Source: Antedon mediterranea
Lineage: Eukaryota > Animalia > Echinodermata
DNA length: 64,000 bases
Reading direction: 5' to 3'
NCBI RefSeq assembly: GCF_964355755.1
Contig: NC_092670.1
Coordinates: 33,468,388-33,532,387, forward strand
Shown here one piece after another: positions 1-13,600 of this stretch. The notes under the pieces were generated by a model. The model saw nothing but the letters and a program-made list of their open reading frames with translations, was not told the DNA's origin and searched no databases. The stretch's first letter is position 1; each line of letters starts with the position of its first letter. The position numbers and the translations under genes were made by a program.

Positions 1-165
1 TACTGGAGATGAGCGCCTTTGTAAGATAACCATGCAGCTGTTATGTTGCTTGCACTCTAATAAAACCATACCGTTGTTTTTGGGCACTCTGTTCAATGTA
101 CTGTATGTATTAACGGTATTAACATTGTGTTTTGAGAATACTCATTATTATACTCATAATTATTA

Positions 166-267
166 CATTACGAAGGAACCTATTTTAGCCCTACGACAAC
201 AGAGTCAATTTTTATGGGAAACATATTTTCACTTGTGAAAATTTTATAAGTACAACATTTGAAGTAA
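166..267 (+). pseudogene. Degenerate, out-of-order copy of the EXT1 exon at 3095-3214 (pseudo-exon)
   Basis: Near-identical DNA to 3115-3218 ([16 protein letters not shown]...agtacaacatttgaagtaa). Has a 4-nt deletion and a 2-nt insertion, and no upstream AG acceptor. Confidence 0.85.
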
Positions 268-1085
268 TTATATAATATTAATATATATATTTTATTTCTT
301 GGCAATTTCTTACTATGACATTTATTAATTAAAAGTTTGTAATACTGTATAATTTTTCGTTCAGCATGTCCATACAGTAATGTTGATCTCAATAAAAATG
401 TAGTAGACTTTATTATTCTGATTTACTAATCATCAAAAACACCCACAGAGAATTTATAGATTTCTAATAATTTGATTAGGTTTGTTGTTATAGTGACTAT
501 AGTATTGGTTATATCCTATCTTGATGATATAGTGTAGTCTTTGATTGTACAGTGTGTGTTTACTGTTGTTATCCTGGAAGATGTCTGTAATCAGATTGAA
601 TTAATATAGCCCAATTTTGGCATTATTTACACTTAGCCAAAATTCTATCTTAACATTGGTTAATAATGGTTCCCTAATTTAAACAGTTTAATTACTGTCC
701 AATCATTTCCATATATAGCTCACAAGTTCACCTACAAAATCAGAGAACATTTTTGGGGAAGGTCTAGCCCAAACAAGGAAATCTAACAACAGGATGCTGA
801 ACTCCGGAGGGTGTATCTTTGGCTGTGACACAATCAGTTCTGCCCACTCACCACGGAGAATATGTACATGTTGGTATTTGTCCCAACCAGACATAACATC
901 AAAGGACTTTTACGAGTTCCTATATCTTGGCAAGGAGAGCTTAGTGCCCTGTAATTGTTAGATTGCCTTGGTCCAAATCAGTTTGATTTTCTCTTATAAC
1001 ACTAACAGATGAAAAAAATAAACTTTTGTCTATTTTGATGAGAATAAAGTTGTTAATTGTCCTTTCACATTATTCTATCTTACAG

Positions 1086-1287
1086 ATATGATTACCAGGC
1101 ACTGTTGCACAATTCAACGTTTTGTTTAGTGCCACGAGGGCGCCGTCTGGGGTCTTTTCGTTTCTTAGAAGCGCTGCAGGCAGCGTGTATACCAGTTCTT
1201 CTTAGCAATGGTTGGGAATTACCGTTCTCGGAGGTTATAGACTGGGACAGAGCTACCATAGAGGGTGATGAAAGGTTATTACTACAA
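1086..1287 (+). CDS. EXT1: EXT1 exon (YDYQALLHN...GDERLLLQ)
   Basis: tacag| acceptor, |gtaagt donor, 202 nt. Confidence 0.95.
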
Positions 1288-1635
1288 GTAAGTTTTCACA
1301 ATTTATTTTACATATTTATCATTATAACAAAGTGTTCAAACAAAGTAATAATTTGTAAGTGTATTTTCACGTTCAAAACATTGTATTCATAAATTTTAAT
1401 AAAGGTTCTGCAAATTTATAATATTTACCTGTCAAATGATAATACAGAATTATAATGATGATGTGTGTGTTGGAACAGGAAATGGTTTCCTATACAACAC
1501 CTGTCAAATTCAAACTATAGAGGGCTCACTTCAGAATATTTACTGTCATTGTGACAAATGTACAGTACAAAATATTAACACTCTCATTTAATTGGTTATC
1601 CGCACTTGGCGGATAACCCCTTGTTATTGTCAGGA

Positions 1636-1666
<31 letters not shown>

Positions 1667-4600
1667 CTATGTTATTCTTCTTTCTTTCCCCGAATTTTGT
1701 TCGCAGCACATCTCTATCTTGTGGCCAACATAAGATTGTATAACTTTGTCATAAGGTTGACCTATAGCTGTAGATGTGCAGCCAAGCTTTTGGACGATTT
1801 TGGAGTTGCGCAGCGTAAGTTACGCGCAATTTCATGAATTTCAATGATTGATCATAGAATAAAAACTAAAAGTTGTTTTGTATTGAAACTTTGTGAAAAT
1901 TTAAGTGAGATCATGCGCAAACTTTCTATGGATTAAAAATGGCATGTTTCACAAAAAGTTACGCGCGCACGCGCGTTTGAAATTTCAAAATGCGAAAAAT
2001 CAATTTCTAATCAACTTTCTATGCGTTTCATGTCATTTTGAGCATTTCAAAAATTCCCACGCGTGCGCAATTTTTTTACGCGCGCGTGCGCACGTAGCGC
2101 AAAAACATCTTTTTTTTGCTTGATTTTTGTTTTTTCAGCCTTTTCTAGTAAATTTATGAATTTTCAATCAATTTCGACTCAAAATCACGTCACACGAGCA
2201 CGTAGAATTGGATAATTTGCGTGTGTTTTTGATGAAAAACTTCAAAAAATTGTCAAAATTAGACCTTTTTTTAAACAGTCATAAATTCTAAACTACGTGG
2301 TGAACATTTTTAAAATTACATATTCTGGAAGTAGATGAGTTGTTTTTCTCGAATCATGCATTGATATGGCTAACCGGACATTGTGACATCATCGTATGGC
2401 CACCCGAATATAAAATATAGGATTTTTTTCTCTTTCATCATAGCTCGTCAAATTTAATAGAGCGCATCTCCACTTATCCGTATTCCATTTCACTCAATTT
2501 TTTTATATTGTCTAGATCAATCAATTATCTTTCGCATGATTCACCATTTTTAAAATTGTGATGACGTCATCATGTTCAAATGCGTCAATAACTTTGGTCA
2601 CTTATTTTCACCTATTCTGCACTGTATGTAGTACGTATACAGTATATAGTGTATACCGTACACACTTAGACGCGACACAAAATAGAGGGCTCACTAACAT
2701 TTTTTCAATGGCATAATCGTTTTTCTGCGCGCAATATTCTAACTTAGGTGTCATGCGCGTGGGTTTTGCGATGCGGATAACCTAACTCGTCCGTAGTGAC
2801 GAGTTCAAATCTAGTTATAATTTTAATCGATCAATTTATTAGATTTTAACTTTTTTAATTTCATCATTTTAGATCATTAAAGAAGTAGTACTGTACTTTT
2901 AAGTATTATATCCATAAAAAAAGGAAAAATTAAAGAAAATATGTTTACTACTGTAATAGAATAGAAACTTATGTTATGACTGTAAATTATGCCATTCCCT
3001 CTAATATCTGTTTTTAGTATGAGGCCAATGTTTCAGATGAGAATATTGTTAAAAATACAGAGTACAATTTTGAATTTTATTTTTTTTTTTTCAGGTACCA
3101 TCAATAACAAGGTCCATTACAAATGAACGTATTCTAGCCCTGCGACAACAGAGTCAATTTTTATGGGAAACATATTTTTCATCACTTGAGAAAATTATAA
3201 GTACAACATTTGAAGTAAGTAACTAATAATGAAGCAATATAAAAAAGAATGGTGAAATTGTATTTATAATTTTTTTTTTCATACGCATCCAACTAAGATC
3301 CAATTGGATTTTCAGTGTGGACCATTTTTATAGTATAATGCTATAATGCTAAAGTGCATTTTTTTTGTTTAAAGTACAGTATGAACATTTACCGCAGTCT
3401 TTGAAAACTTTCCATTCGCTGAATCAATATCCATCAGCCTTGGCAATTCGTTCTTAATGCGGCAAATGGAAGTCATTAATAATACACTTTTTTTGGCTCT
3501 AAGCTATGTCAACCAAAACGTAGCAAGATCCTTCGTGTTTGATTGCGTGACATGATTAGAGTGGACGCATTCACATGATAGAATTGCAGGAAATGATTTT
3601 AGTTCAAAACTAGTCAATAAATTTGGCAAAGTCTAGACTCCAGGAGATGCCAGCTCTAGTCATTATCATCATTCTATTTTATCTTCCTCAAATTCAATTG
3701 CAATTCGGTTTTAGATAAATAACAAACTTCTGACTTGTTTATTGCGCTAGAATAAGTATATTTTCAACCCAATACGATGATGAGTCTTTTCAATTTAAAT
3801 ATAATAACATTCGTCTTGGAATCTTATAATCTAATAATCATTTTTAACTTATCTCAGAGTTGTAATTTTGATTATATTAGAATGGATATAATAGATCAAT
3901 ATGTATTACTGTATCTTAAGTTAATTATATTTTGAAATATGATAGATAATGTAAAGGCTGATCAAATTCCCCCAATATAGCCCTAAACCAAATTACCTAG
4001 AATGTGAATGGTAACTTTAGAAAATACCCATATTCGTAAAGTTATTATTGCAATGCCCTATGGTAATGAAGGCTGTCAAATCCCAAAAAGTTAAGACCTG
4101 TTCAGGCCTACTTTACCATTCAAGTTCAAGGGGTAAATTGACGCGTAAATGTTGTGGGTAGTGAACTTTACACAGACGAGTTTAATTTACTTATTAGAAT
4201 ATTGTTATTTGTTATGATATGGACTTTGTTCAAAAATAAAAGTGAATTGAATTGAATTGGATTGAATGGTAAGAAGGAAAACTGTGTAGCTTATCCAAGG
4301 TAGTGTCTGTATCTATCCTGTGTGTAAATAGTCCTGTGTGTAATAGTCCTGTGTGTAATAGTTCTGTGTGTAAATAAGGAATTACACAGATTCTATATTG
4401 TTGTTACTGTTACCACTCGCCTGTGTAAATTGTCCTTTTTAAGATAGTGTTAATACCCAGGTCAAAGGAAACTTTGAGTAGGTTTTGTAAGAGTTACAGT
4501 ACATATGGGGTACAAAAGACTAGTGTAAAGGCAAGAAAACGTAATGTATCAAAATGTTGTATGCTATAGTTGCAAAAACACTGCTAATTTTCAAGTATTC

Positions 4601-7600
4601 AAAAAACTATACGACAACACCAATTATGATAAAAGTAGTGCAAATATTTTTCTTCTTTTTCTGTAACTCCAGTTGTGTGTACATAACATACATGCCTGTA
4701 AGTTACTAAAGTGTTTCATATTTCAACCTCATCAAATAATCAATATTGATTAGTAATAAGACGTAGATTACCAAATATGGAATGTTAGGATCGTGAAATT
4801 AATCAGAAAATAGCTTTTTGAAAGATATTTTGGTATTTTCATTTTCTCCTTTAATAATTGGTGATTATATCTTGACAATAGTATTAAAATGTTATTTGTT
4901 TCCTCCAAACAATATGTTGTTTTATATATCGTCAGTGAGAAAGAAAAATTAAGGTTTCCGAAAAAGGCAGAAAATAGTTACCATTGTGAGGATGTTTTTT
5001 AAGATTAAAATTAGCTTTCATGCAAAAAGCTTCAAATCTGTACTGGAGAAATTATATATTCGTAACAAAAAGGAAAAAAAAGAAAAAAAAAACTGGTACT
5101 TGGATTTGTGATAGAATCAGTTTAAATAAGTTCATTTTTGCAATTTGTGATTTAATATGATGTTGGATGGTGATCTATGAACAAATATAGCAAAGCAAAT
5201 TATGATTTCCTTAACATCAACATCAAATTTGATATAAATTGTGTCTCAGAATTTAAATTATCTTTACTAGTAAAAGTATTTTTTTTCTTTTCAGATTATC
5301 AAAGATAGAATCAATCGAGAGAAAGCTCGGCATTTACTGGTGTGGAACACACCACCCGGTGCTCTTGCGATAGATCCAAAATATTCCACTGATCTATCAA
5401 CTTACCCCTTCTTTAAGATTGCCTTGTCCATGCCCCTATCTGCAAAGTTTACAGCGGTCATCTTGGCAACATCCCCCATCTATTCCTCAGCAGCTCCAAT
5501 AATAAAACTAATTAAGAGTATAAACCAATCAACAAATGTAGCACAGGTGAGTAGTATGGTATATAGTGCGTACTATTGCACGCCATGTGACCCACAATCG
5601 TCCAATCAAATGACAGGAATTTAGTTAGGTGTTATATAATATATAATAAATATCCATTAAAAAAATCGTTTTTAAGCATTTAAAAATAATAATAATGATA
5701 ATAATGGTACAGTGAGTACATGGTCTGGTACTCTTGAACACAAACTTAGCTGGTAATAAGCTTACAAACCATAATTTATTGAGTTTGATCATAATTCACA
5801 CAATTCATTTATTATTTTTAATATTTTATCCTTAGATATAGCATACATTGTCATTCTATACCTAAATATATCCTTCTATACAAATGTATAATGAATTTTA
5901 TATAGTTTAATTATAACAATATAAATCAAAAGGCAAATTACTAAAAATAATGATGAGTATCTGTGGCAGAATCTCAATAAAAATACAAATAAAATAAGGA
6001 GAAAGCCAAATCAAACGATAAAGTAAAACAGCCAGAAAAAAATTGCAGCCAAAAATTAATTTATAATGTAGACAGACCCATTGCATTTGCAGCAGTGAAA
6101 TATGTTGTCACATTCAAAGTGAAGGATAAAGGATCCTCATAATTTGAATATGACGGGTGATACTACCATAATTAGATTATTACATTATGGCAGGTGATCC
6201 TGATTGGTAAACCTTTTTTAATTAATATTAACATATATAAATTAATTTTATCTTAACGAAGAAATAAATTAATAATATTGAATCATTTTGAAATTGAAGG
6301 TTAATTCCATTAAATACTGCTCAATAGTAATTATATATTTAATGCTAAATTCTACTTAAGAGATTAAATGTTCAATCAAACTTCTATAACTTTTTATGTA
6401 AAAGATTAGCTATAACCCTGACATCCATCTTTATGTATAGCCAATTGTTGATTCCTTTGTATTAGAAAAGAAGGCTTCCTATTGTTATTTTTTAAAATGA
6501 CCATTAACATACACTATATATAGATTTTCTCTCGTATTGCATTTTATTGACGTAAACAAAATAGAAACATCGGCTCATTAAATTCTATCCTAACTGTTTG
6601 TTATAATGACAAATTGTACATTTTCAATACCATTTTTGTGCTAAAGTTTCAAATTTATACCATCATAATTCAAATCTTTAAATATTGTAACCGAATCCAC
6701 AGAACAGCGGCAACTAAAAGGGGCTAAGTATGGTAGTTGTTGATCAATTCGTAACTGATGATTTGTTGCTATTGATTTTCTAATAAACTATAAATATAAT
6801 ATCTTTTTATAAAGGTAGCGTGTACTGTATATTGCCTTTGAGTTGTGCACACACAACATCTTGAATACAGTAGTAATTCTTTCATAATTCTTTCATTTGC
6901 ATAATTATTTCTTATACATTCCACCCAAAATCAAACAAAAAGTATGCAATACAGGATTATTATACCTTTGAGGCAATATGAATATTTAAACAATGTTACA
7001 ATAAAAAAAATGATTTATGCCTATCAACAGATAACAAATTAGAATGCACAATGGTTACGCAAATGTATCTTTTGTTCAATTAAAGATAAATAATAGAAAA
7101 TTGGTATTTAAATAAAAATATAAATAAAATTTTAAAACTTTGACCAACCCATACTCAAGGGACAAGTAAGGTGTTCCCGGAATAGAGGTGTCCCCTGAAT
7201 ATGGGTTGGCCATAGTTTTTAAATATAATACTGGTGTTGAATAAGGACCAAACTGCCATTTTATTTGTCCACTACATACCATACATGTTCAGTGATTACT
7301 CTCATGGGTCTTTCACACCTCTTCCGGCACGGTTCAGATCTGGCCGCGGCAATTCAAATATAACGTCAATATTTTGATTTCACGTGCCCATATCATTTGG
7401 TGCATAACCACGTGGAGCATTGTGCGTTGCTTTACGTCCTAGTGTTGCGTCGCTAGTGGGAACCACGCTTTATGTTCATAATGTACTGTACATTGTTCCA
7501 GTATCAAAATGTTGATACAAAATTTGAAATTGGCTTTATTTATTATTTCATCCTTCATTTGTATTGTTTAAACATTGCCTTTATTAAAATTGTCATCATC

Positions 7601-10600
7601 ATCATCATTTATGTGAAACCGAAGCATTAATGTTCGATTTGATTAGCCGGCCTGGAACTGTGTTGGAACAGGTGTGAAAACCCTTAATACATGTGCCAGA
7701 TGTGTGTAAATAAATATTAAGAAATAATAATATTTTTAACATTAAATATTAACGTGTTTTAATATCTTTTTGCTTTTATAGGTTATTGTGTTATGGCATG
7801 TAGAACACCCACTTCCACCAAAAACACGTTGGCCTACAACATACTTTCCATTGACAGTGGTAGAAGGCGGTACTAAGGTAGGTAGTACTGCTTTAGCATC
7901 AATCTGATATTTTCTGTATGGCACATAGGACATCACCACATCATTTTTATTCAAGTCATGGAGATTCATAAGGTTCTCGTAAATCTTAAAATTCTCTTTA
8001 ATAAACCAAAAACCAGCAATGGAAGTGTTATAAATAATAGGATTAGCTAGATCATTTTTTTAAATTACCGTACCTAGTTGCTAGGCATCAGTAAGGGAAT
8101 GTATGGCCCCACCCGCCTTTCTCTATTTTTTTGGAGGGAAAGAACCTCCCTGTACTGTAACAAGTATGGTCTAATTATTGGTTATATGGTTTTATCAATT
8201 TGACTACAGCTACATTAAAAATGAATTTAAAATATAATTTTGAAATAAAAACCCCAATCCTCCATAAAAAATAAATAAATTGCAAAATGTCAATTGTTTT
8301 CTATTAATTTTTTCTATTCATTTGTTTATTCAATAAAAATCAAACATAACAATTTTACCAATTATTTTATTCATGTTATTTCTACTTCATCACCCTCATA
8401 GCTACTGTATATTTTGCAGATATTCACTTGGCCAATCAATGTAGTATATAACTCCTCATCAATCAAATTAGTGTTTACCTCCTTTTTCCGCGCCGTACGT
8501 GTAAATTAAAGATTCTTTAGGTCATCATAAGTTGTGCATAGAATCCTGTTGAATTATTCAGTACATTCACCATCAATCCATTGATTCAAATATTTTCATT
8601 TATTTCCTGATTCGTCATCAATCATTGGTTATTCTTGAAGATTTTCGTTCTTTCCAGTAGTGAGGGCAGCAGTCTACCAACTGTAATTAAATAGAATTCA
8701 CGTTTAATAATAGAACTGAAATCAGAGAACTGCAAAAAACAAAACTCACCACTAACCTTGGCTCAATTATCCCCTGGTAGATATAGCCCTTCGAGCCTCT
8801 GCCATTCCTTCCTGTTCTGTGCTGTCCTACTGTAGCCCAAGACAAAATTTAAACCATATTTAAAATAGAAACAAAAGATGTTTTCTTCAGAAAATAACTT
8901 CCATACACTAAATAAAACGGAAAACAATAGAGATCATACAAAATAAGGATTTTCTTCAATTAGTGTACAGGCTTGAGAACCAGCACTGTACACCAGACAA
9001 GTTGATTTTGAATAACAACCCCTTATATAGTCTGTATACGCACTAAGCTAATATCCTGGTCACAAACATGGATACCATTTGCAAAACAAAGATAATGTAA
9101 CAATACATGTACTGGTTTTTTTACAAAAGCCTTGTTCAACAGGAAACGGACACATTGGATACAAGGATATGGAAACAAGACTCCAGAATTTACTTGGTAT
9201 TATAACAAAAACCTCCCAAGATCTTTAATGTGAAAACTACAGAAGATAACCAACTTTAATTTGGATCTACTACTATTAATACATTAATACATTAATGTTC
9301 AAGTCAACATTTCTATGTATGCTGTTTTTTATCAAGATACTTCTAATAACAGATGAAACATGCGCCACAAATATGCATACACATGTTGATAACACTTTAC
9401 CTTGTGATACAAGAAGTCTATATCTTTAATCACCATTTTAAGTAAAGAGCTTGGCACTACGTGAACAAATTAAGAAATAATGAGTGAACAGGAAGCCAAT
9501 TACTGGACAGTAACTTGTTCATGTTCATCTCGCTATCTATTAATTTTTTTTTTTTTAACAGAAATAATGATTGTCTATCAGTAGGAATCAATTCTATTTT
9601 TAATTAGTTATTTGTGAACTGAAAGTCTATACTATAGTTTTAATTGTTTTCTTGAAATAACTTTTTTTCTAAATAGATATATCTTTGTAAATGATTTTTT
9701 TTTCCAATTATTACTTTCTGGGAAAATAAAAAATAGTTTTCTTAAAAAGGTGAAAAACAGACATACTTATGATTGTTCTAGAAATGTGTGTTTGTTTTTA
9801 ATCGTCATCTTCTTTGTGTACCACTTCATACGAGAACATGAGTGATTATGACTTGATAATTTGTTCGATTTTCAGTACCTTTTCTAGTATTTTAGTTTAT
9901 TTGTTTTCTTTGTCTTTTTTATTAGTTTTTCTGTCTGTCTGTCTGTCCAACTCTTAGTAACTTCTAAAAAAACTTCAATTTGTGTTCTTTTGCTAAGTTT
10001 CTTCTTTATTTGTAGCTTACAGTATTATCATCAGTCCAAGTTCCTTTGTGTATTCTTGTAAAATTGTTTATGGTTATACTCTTTCTCAAAACAACCTCTC
10101 AGAAACTCTAAAAACTTATTTACAACAAAATTTAGTTTGAATGAATCCTTTAAATATATATATATATAAATATTGATTTCATTATTTTCTTTCTATCCCT
10201 ACAATATCCTATAGTTGATTCTGACCATTTTTAAATCAAGTACTGTAATACTAGTAATACTAGTAATACAAAGTAATAACTCTTTTTTTCCCACAGCAAA
10301 TTGGTGATCGCTTTAAGCCAGTTAGTATGATAAAAACTGATGCGGTTCTAAGTTTGGATGAAGATACTGTTTTAACAACAGATGAGGTTTGTAAACAATT
10401 TTGTACACTTTTGTATCTAGTCAGTCTAGTGTTAAGCATTTATTTACAGATTTAAGCTGATCCAAATCATATAGTCTTAAGTGATATGAGCTTATGAGAT
10501 GTTAACTTTCGTTGTAGACTTTTTAGACTATTCTCAGAGTGTCGTTTTTTGTGTGTGAATTGACTATTTTGAAATGAATTAAAAGTACACTAGATAATTA

Positions 10601-13600
10601 AATATATAATAATAGTCATATGAATAGATTGATTTAGTGCAGAAATGCACTTACGACAGGGTCAAAAAGTATTATTTTAATAACCAATTATTTCGTTCTC
10701 ATAAAATCAATTCTACAGTATAGTACTGTAGGCGATCTAGACATTTCTCAGTAAATACGTAACATTGATCGCTAAATGAATCTGATGATTAAATCCTTAA
10801 TTGCATCGTTCCTATATTTAGGGTAAAAGCGTTCACCTACTTGATTTATCAATGTCTCTTTTGATCAAACTAAAGCTTGACCTTAAATGTCGTGTTGAAC
10901 TTTCATAGTTAAGCAGGATAAAGAAGCATCTATAATAATATACTATATAAATGTAGCAAACATATATTTAAAGAAATCCTTATTTGTGAATAAATAAACT
11001 TGATTCATAGACATTTTAATATCCAAAATTTAATTCAAGGACTGATGCATTTTGATACCAAAATGTTATCTCTGTTGGCTGTGCATAAAATAAAATAAAA
11101 ATCTCGTTTTTTTTACTAAATTCTAATATTTTCCTTTTTTTAGATTGACTTTGCATTTAGTGTGTGGAAATCATTTCCAGATCGTATTGTAGGCTATCCT
11201 GCCCGATCACACTACTGGGATGAAGGCCAACACCGTTGGGCCTACACCTCTAAATGGACCAACGAGTATTCAATGGTGCTAACAGGCGCAGCATTTTATC
11301 ACAGGTACTGTATATGTTTATGTTACTATTAATGCCTTAAGTCTGTTTTCCTGTTGACGTTATTCGATGCTATTCGATCCTTAACAGTTCAACGAAGATC
11401 GTTTGAAAACGATCAAGTTGAAATGATAACAATAGCGAGTACCTTTTCCTGTAAATCGTTAACATTTCAATGTTTACGTAGAAGATCCCCGATTATTGTT
11501 AACGATAGCGTCGAATAACGTCGACAGGAAAACAGGCTTTACACAATCATTATAGAGTATCACGGTGTGACGTCATGACATTAGAGGGCGCTGCATGGTT
11601 GCTAGCCAACCAAAAAATGTGTTAAAGCGCTACTATGTTGATAAACAGTAAAGATCTGTATTTCTATCAAATTATGTATCTTAGCTTGATTTTTTTAAAC
11701 TTAAACTGTAGTTGAAGAATAAATAGATTATTAAAAACAAATATTTAGTGATCTTTTGAAATTTTAGTTTGTTTTTATTGAAAATTATTAAGTTTTAAAA
11801 TGACTACTTCAATAAGCCTATTCCAAACCATTGGTGATCTTGGAGTCACTCAGGCAGGCTGAACGCATTTTTGATTGCGCTATCAACCACGCAGCGCCAC
11901 CTACCGTCGTGACTTCAGCACCGTGATACTCTATAGCGCCAATTTGATCTTCCTTCTGTTCTGTACAATTCGAACTGCGAATTTTTGACTTTTAAAATAC
12001 TTTACACAATCGTTGTTATATATAGCGCCAATTTGATCTTCCTAAACAAACCCCTTTTTTCTATTTTTTATACTTTTTTTGTTTTTTATTCTTTATCAAT
12101 TTATTTTTTCTTCTCTTGTATGCACTTGGAGGTCGCAATTGATTGAAAGCAACACACATAATAATCAAATATTAGTTCTCCTTTTGTAGAAAATCAATAG
12201 TTGTCGAGTGATTAATACTTTATTGCGTCAAAATCCAATTTGCAGAGTGCGCTATTTAATTGAGTCGATGTGTGCGTTCTAAAAGTATCTTATATACCTC
12301 CCACTGACATATGACCTGTGACCTCATGAGCTATGTTTCTATGTTGGTAACATTTGCAGGAAAATGTGCCTGATGCTGTGAAAGCTGAACATGCAGTATT
12401 TTAGTAGGTCATGCCACTGACCTATATGACCCATGACCTATGATATTTTATGAGCATGATTTATTCTTTTTCTTTTCAAATGACAAAATGGTACCATTAA
12501 TAAAGGTTGACATGGAATGCATATGATTATCCATATATAATTAATGTATTGCCATTCTGTTTTGTGCTGAAATTATATTTTTTAAATAAGACCCCAGTCA
12601 ATAGAAAGAAAGCTATTCTCTTAATAACATGTGGCTTGACATTTTGTCATTTTCTAATATTGTTTTTAATGTTTGTTTTATTTCATTTGTTGTGATAATA
12701 ACAATTAAATATTCAATTTATTATAGCACAAAATTGTTTATTTGATGTTCCTTTAGGGGGCCCACCATAATGACCTATAATCATACCATATTCCATCATA
12801 AATCCATAAACACCTCTATCCCAACAGAGTTGTAATTCAATAATGATAATAATATACCAGATCTTGTATAGTGCCAATTCCGACGAATGAATCATTCTCA
12901 TGGTGCTGTCGACTACATGCTTCTCCCCTAAGGGTCACGCCAGTGCAGCCACATTAAGGCGCTCTCTCATCTGTCCACGTCAGTGGCTGTTTGTGAACTA
13001 GTACACCGGGATAACCCCTACTTGTCTCGAAAGTTTTATTATGCACTTTTCACGAGCAATGTGTGTACACTAGACCTATGGTTTATAGTCTTTATCTACC
13101 ACCAGAACCATGAAGCAAGTGACCCTCGAACCCATTCCGATGTTACACTCTACGGCTATGGATTACGGTTCCACTGTCTTAACCGCTACTCCACTTATGC
13201 GCATGCAATGCATTATAATAATTATGTTGTTGTATACACTTAAACTAATTCCTCAATGTTATAATGTACCATAGTTTCAGTTCCTTCACTGTCTATTAAA
13301 AATATGTAATATATTAAATAACTTACAGAGCAGTATATGTTGAATTTACTGTAGTATTTTATATTAAAATGCTACCGCAGTACTGTAATTCCTTCCAACT
13401 GTACATTTGTAGAGGTAAAACTCTTAAGTTTGTTTTTTGTTTCATTTATTTGTAGGTACTACCACCATCTGTATAGCGAGACTCTGCCGAAAGTTTTGCT
13501 GGATCACGTGAACAGCATAAATAATTGTGAAGACATTTTAATGAACTTCTTAGTTGCGAGTGTGACCCACCTTCCACCCATCAAAGTATCACAGAGAAAG

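Noticed and set aside
32-238. 68-aa ORF ending in EXT1-like [16 protein letters not shown]
   Set aside because: Only the tail is EXT1-like, it frameshifts and it has no acceptor. Treated as a pseudo-exon, not a gene.
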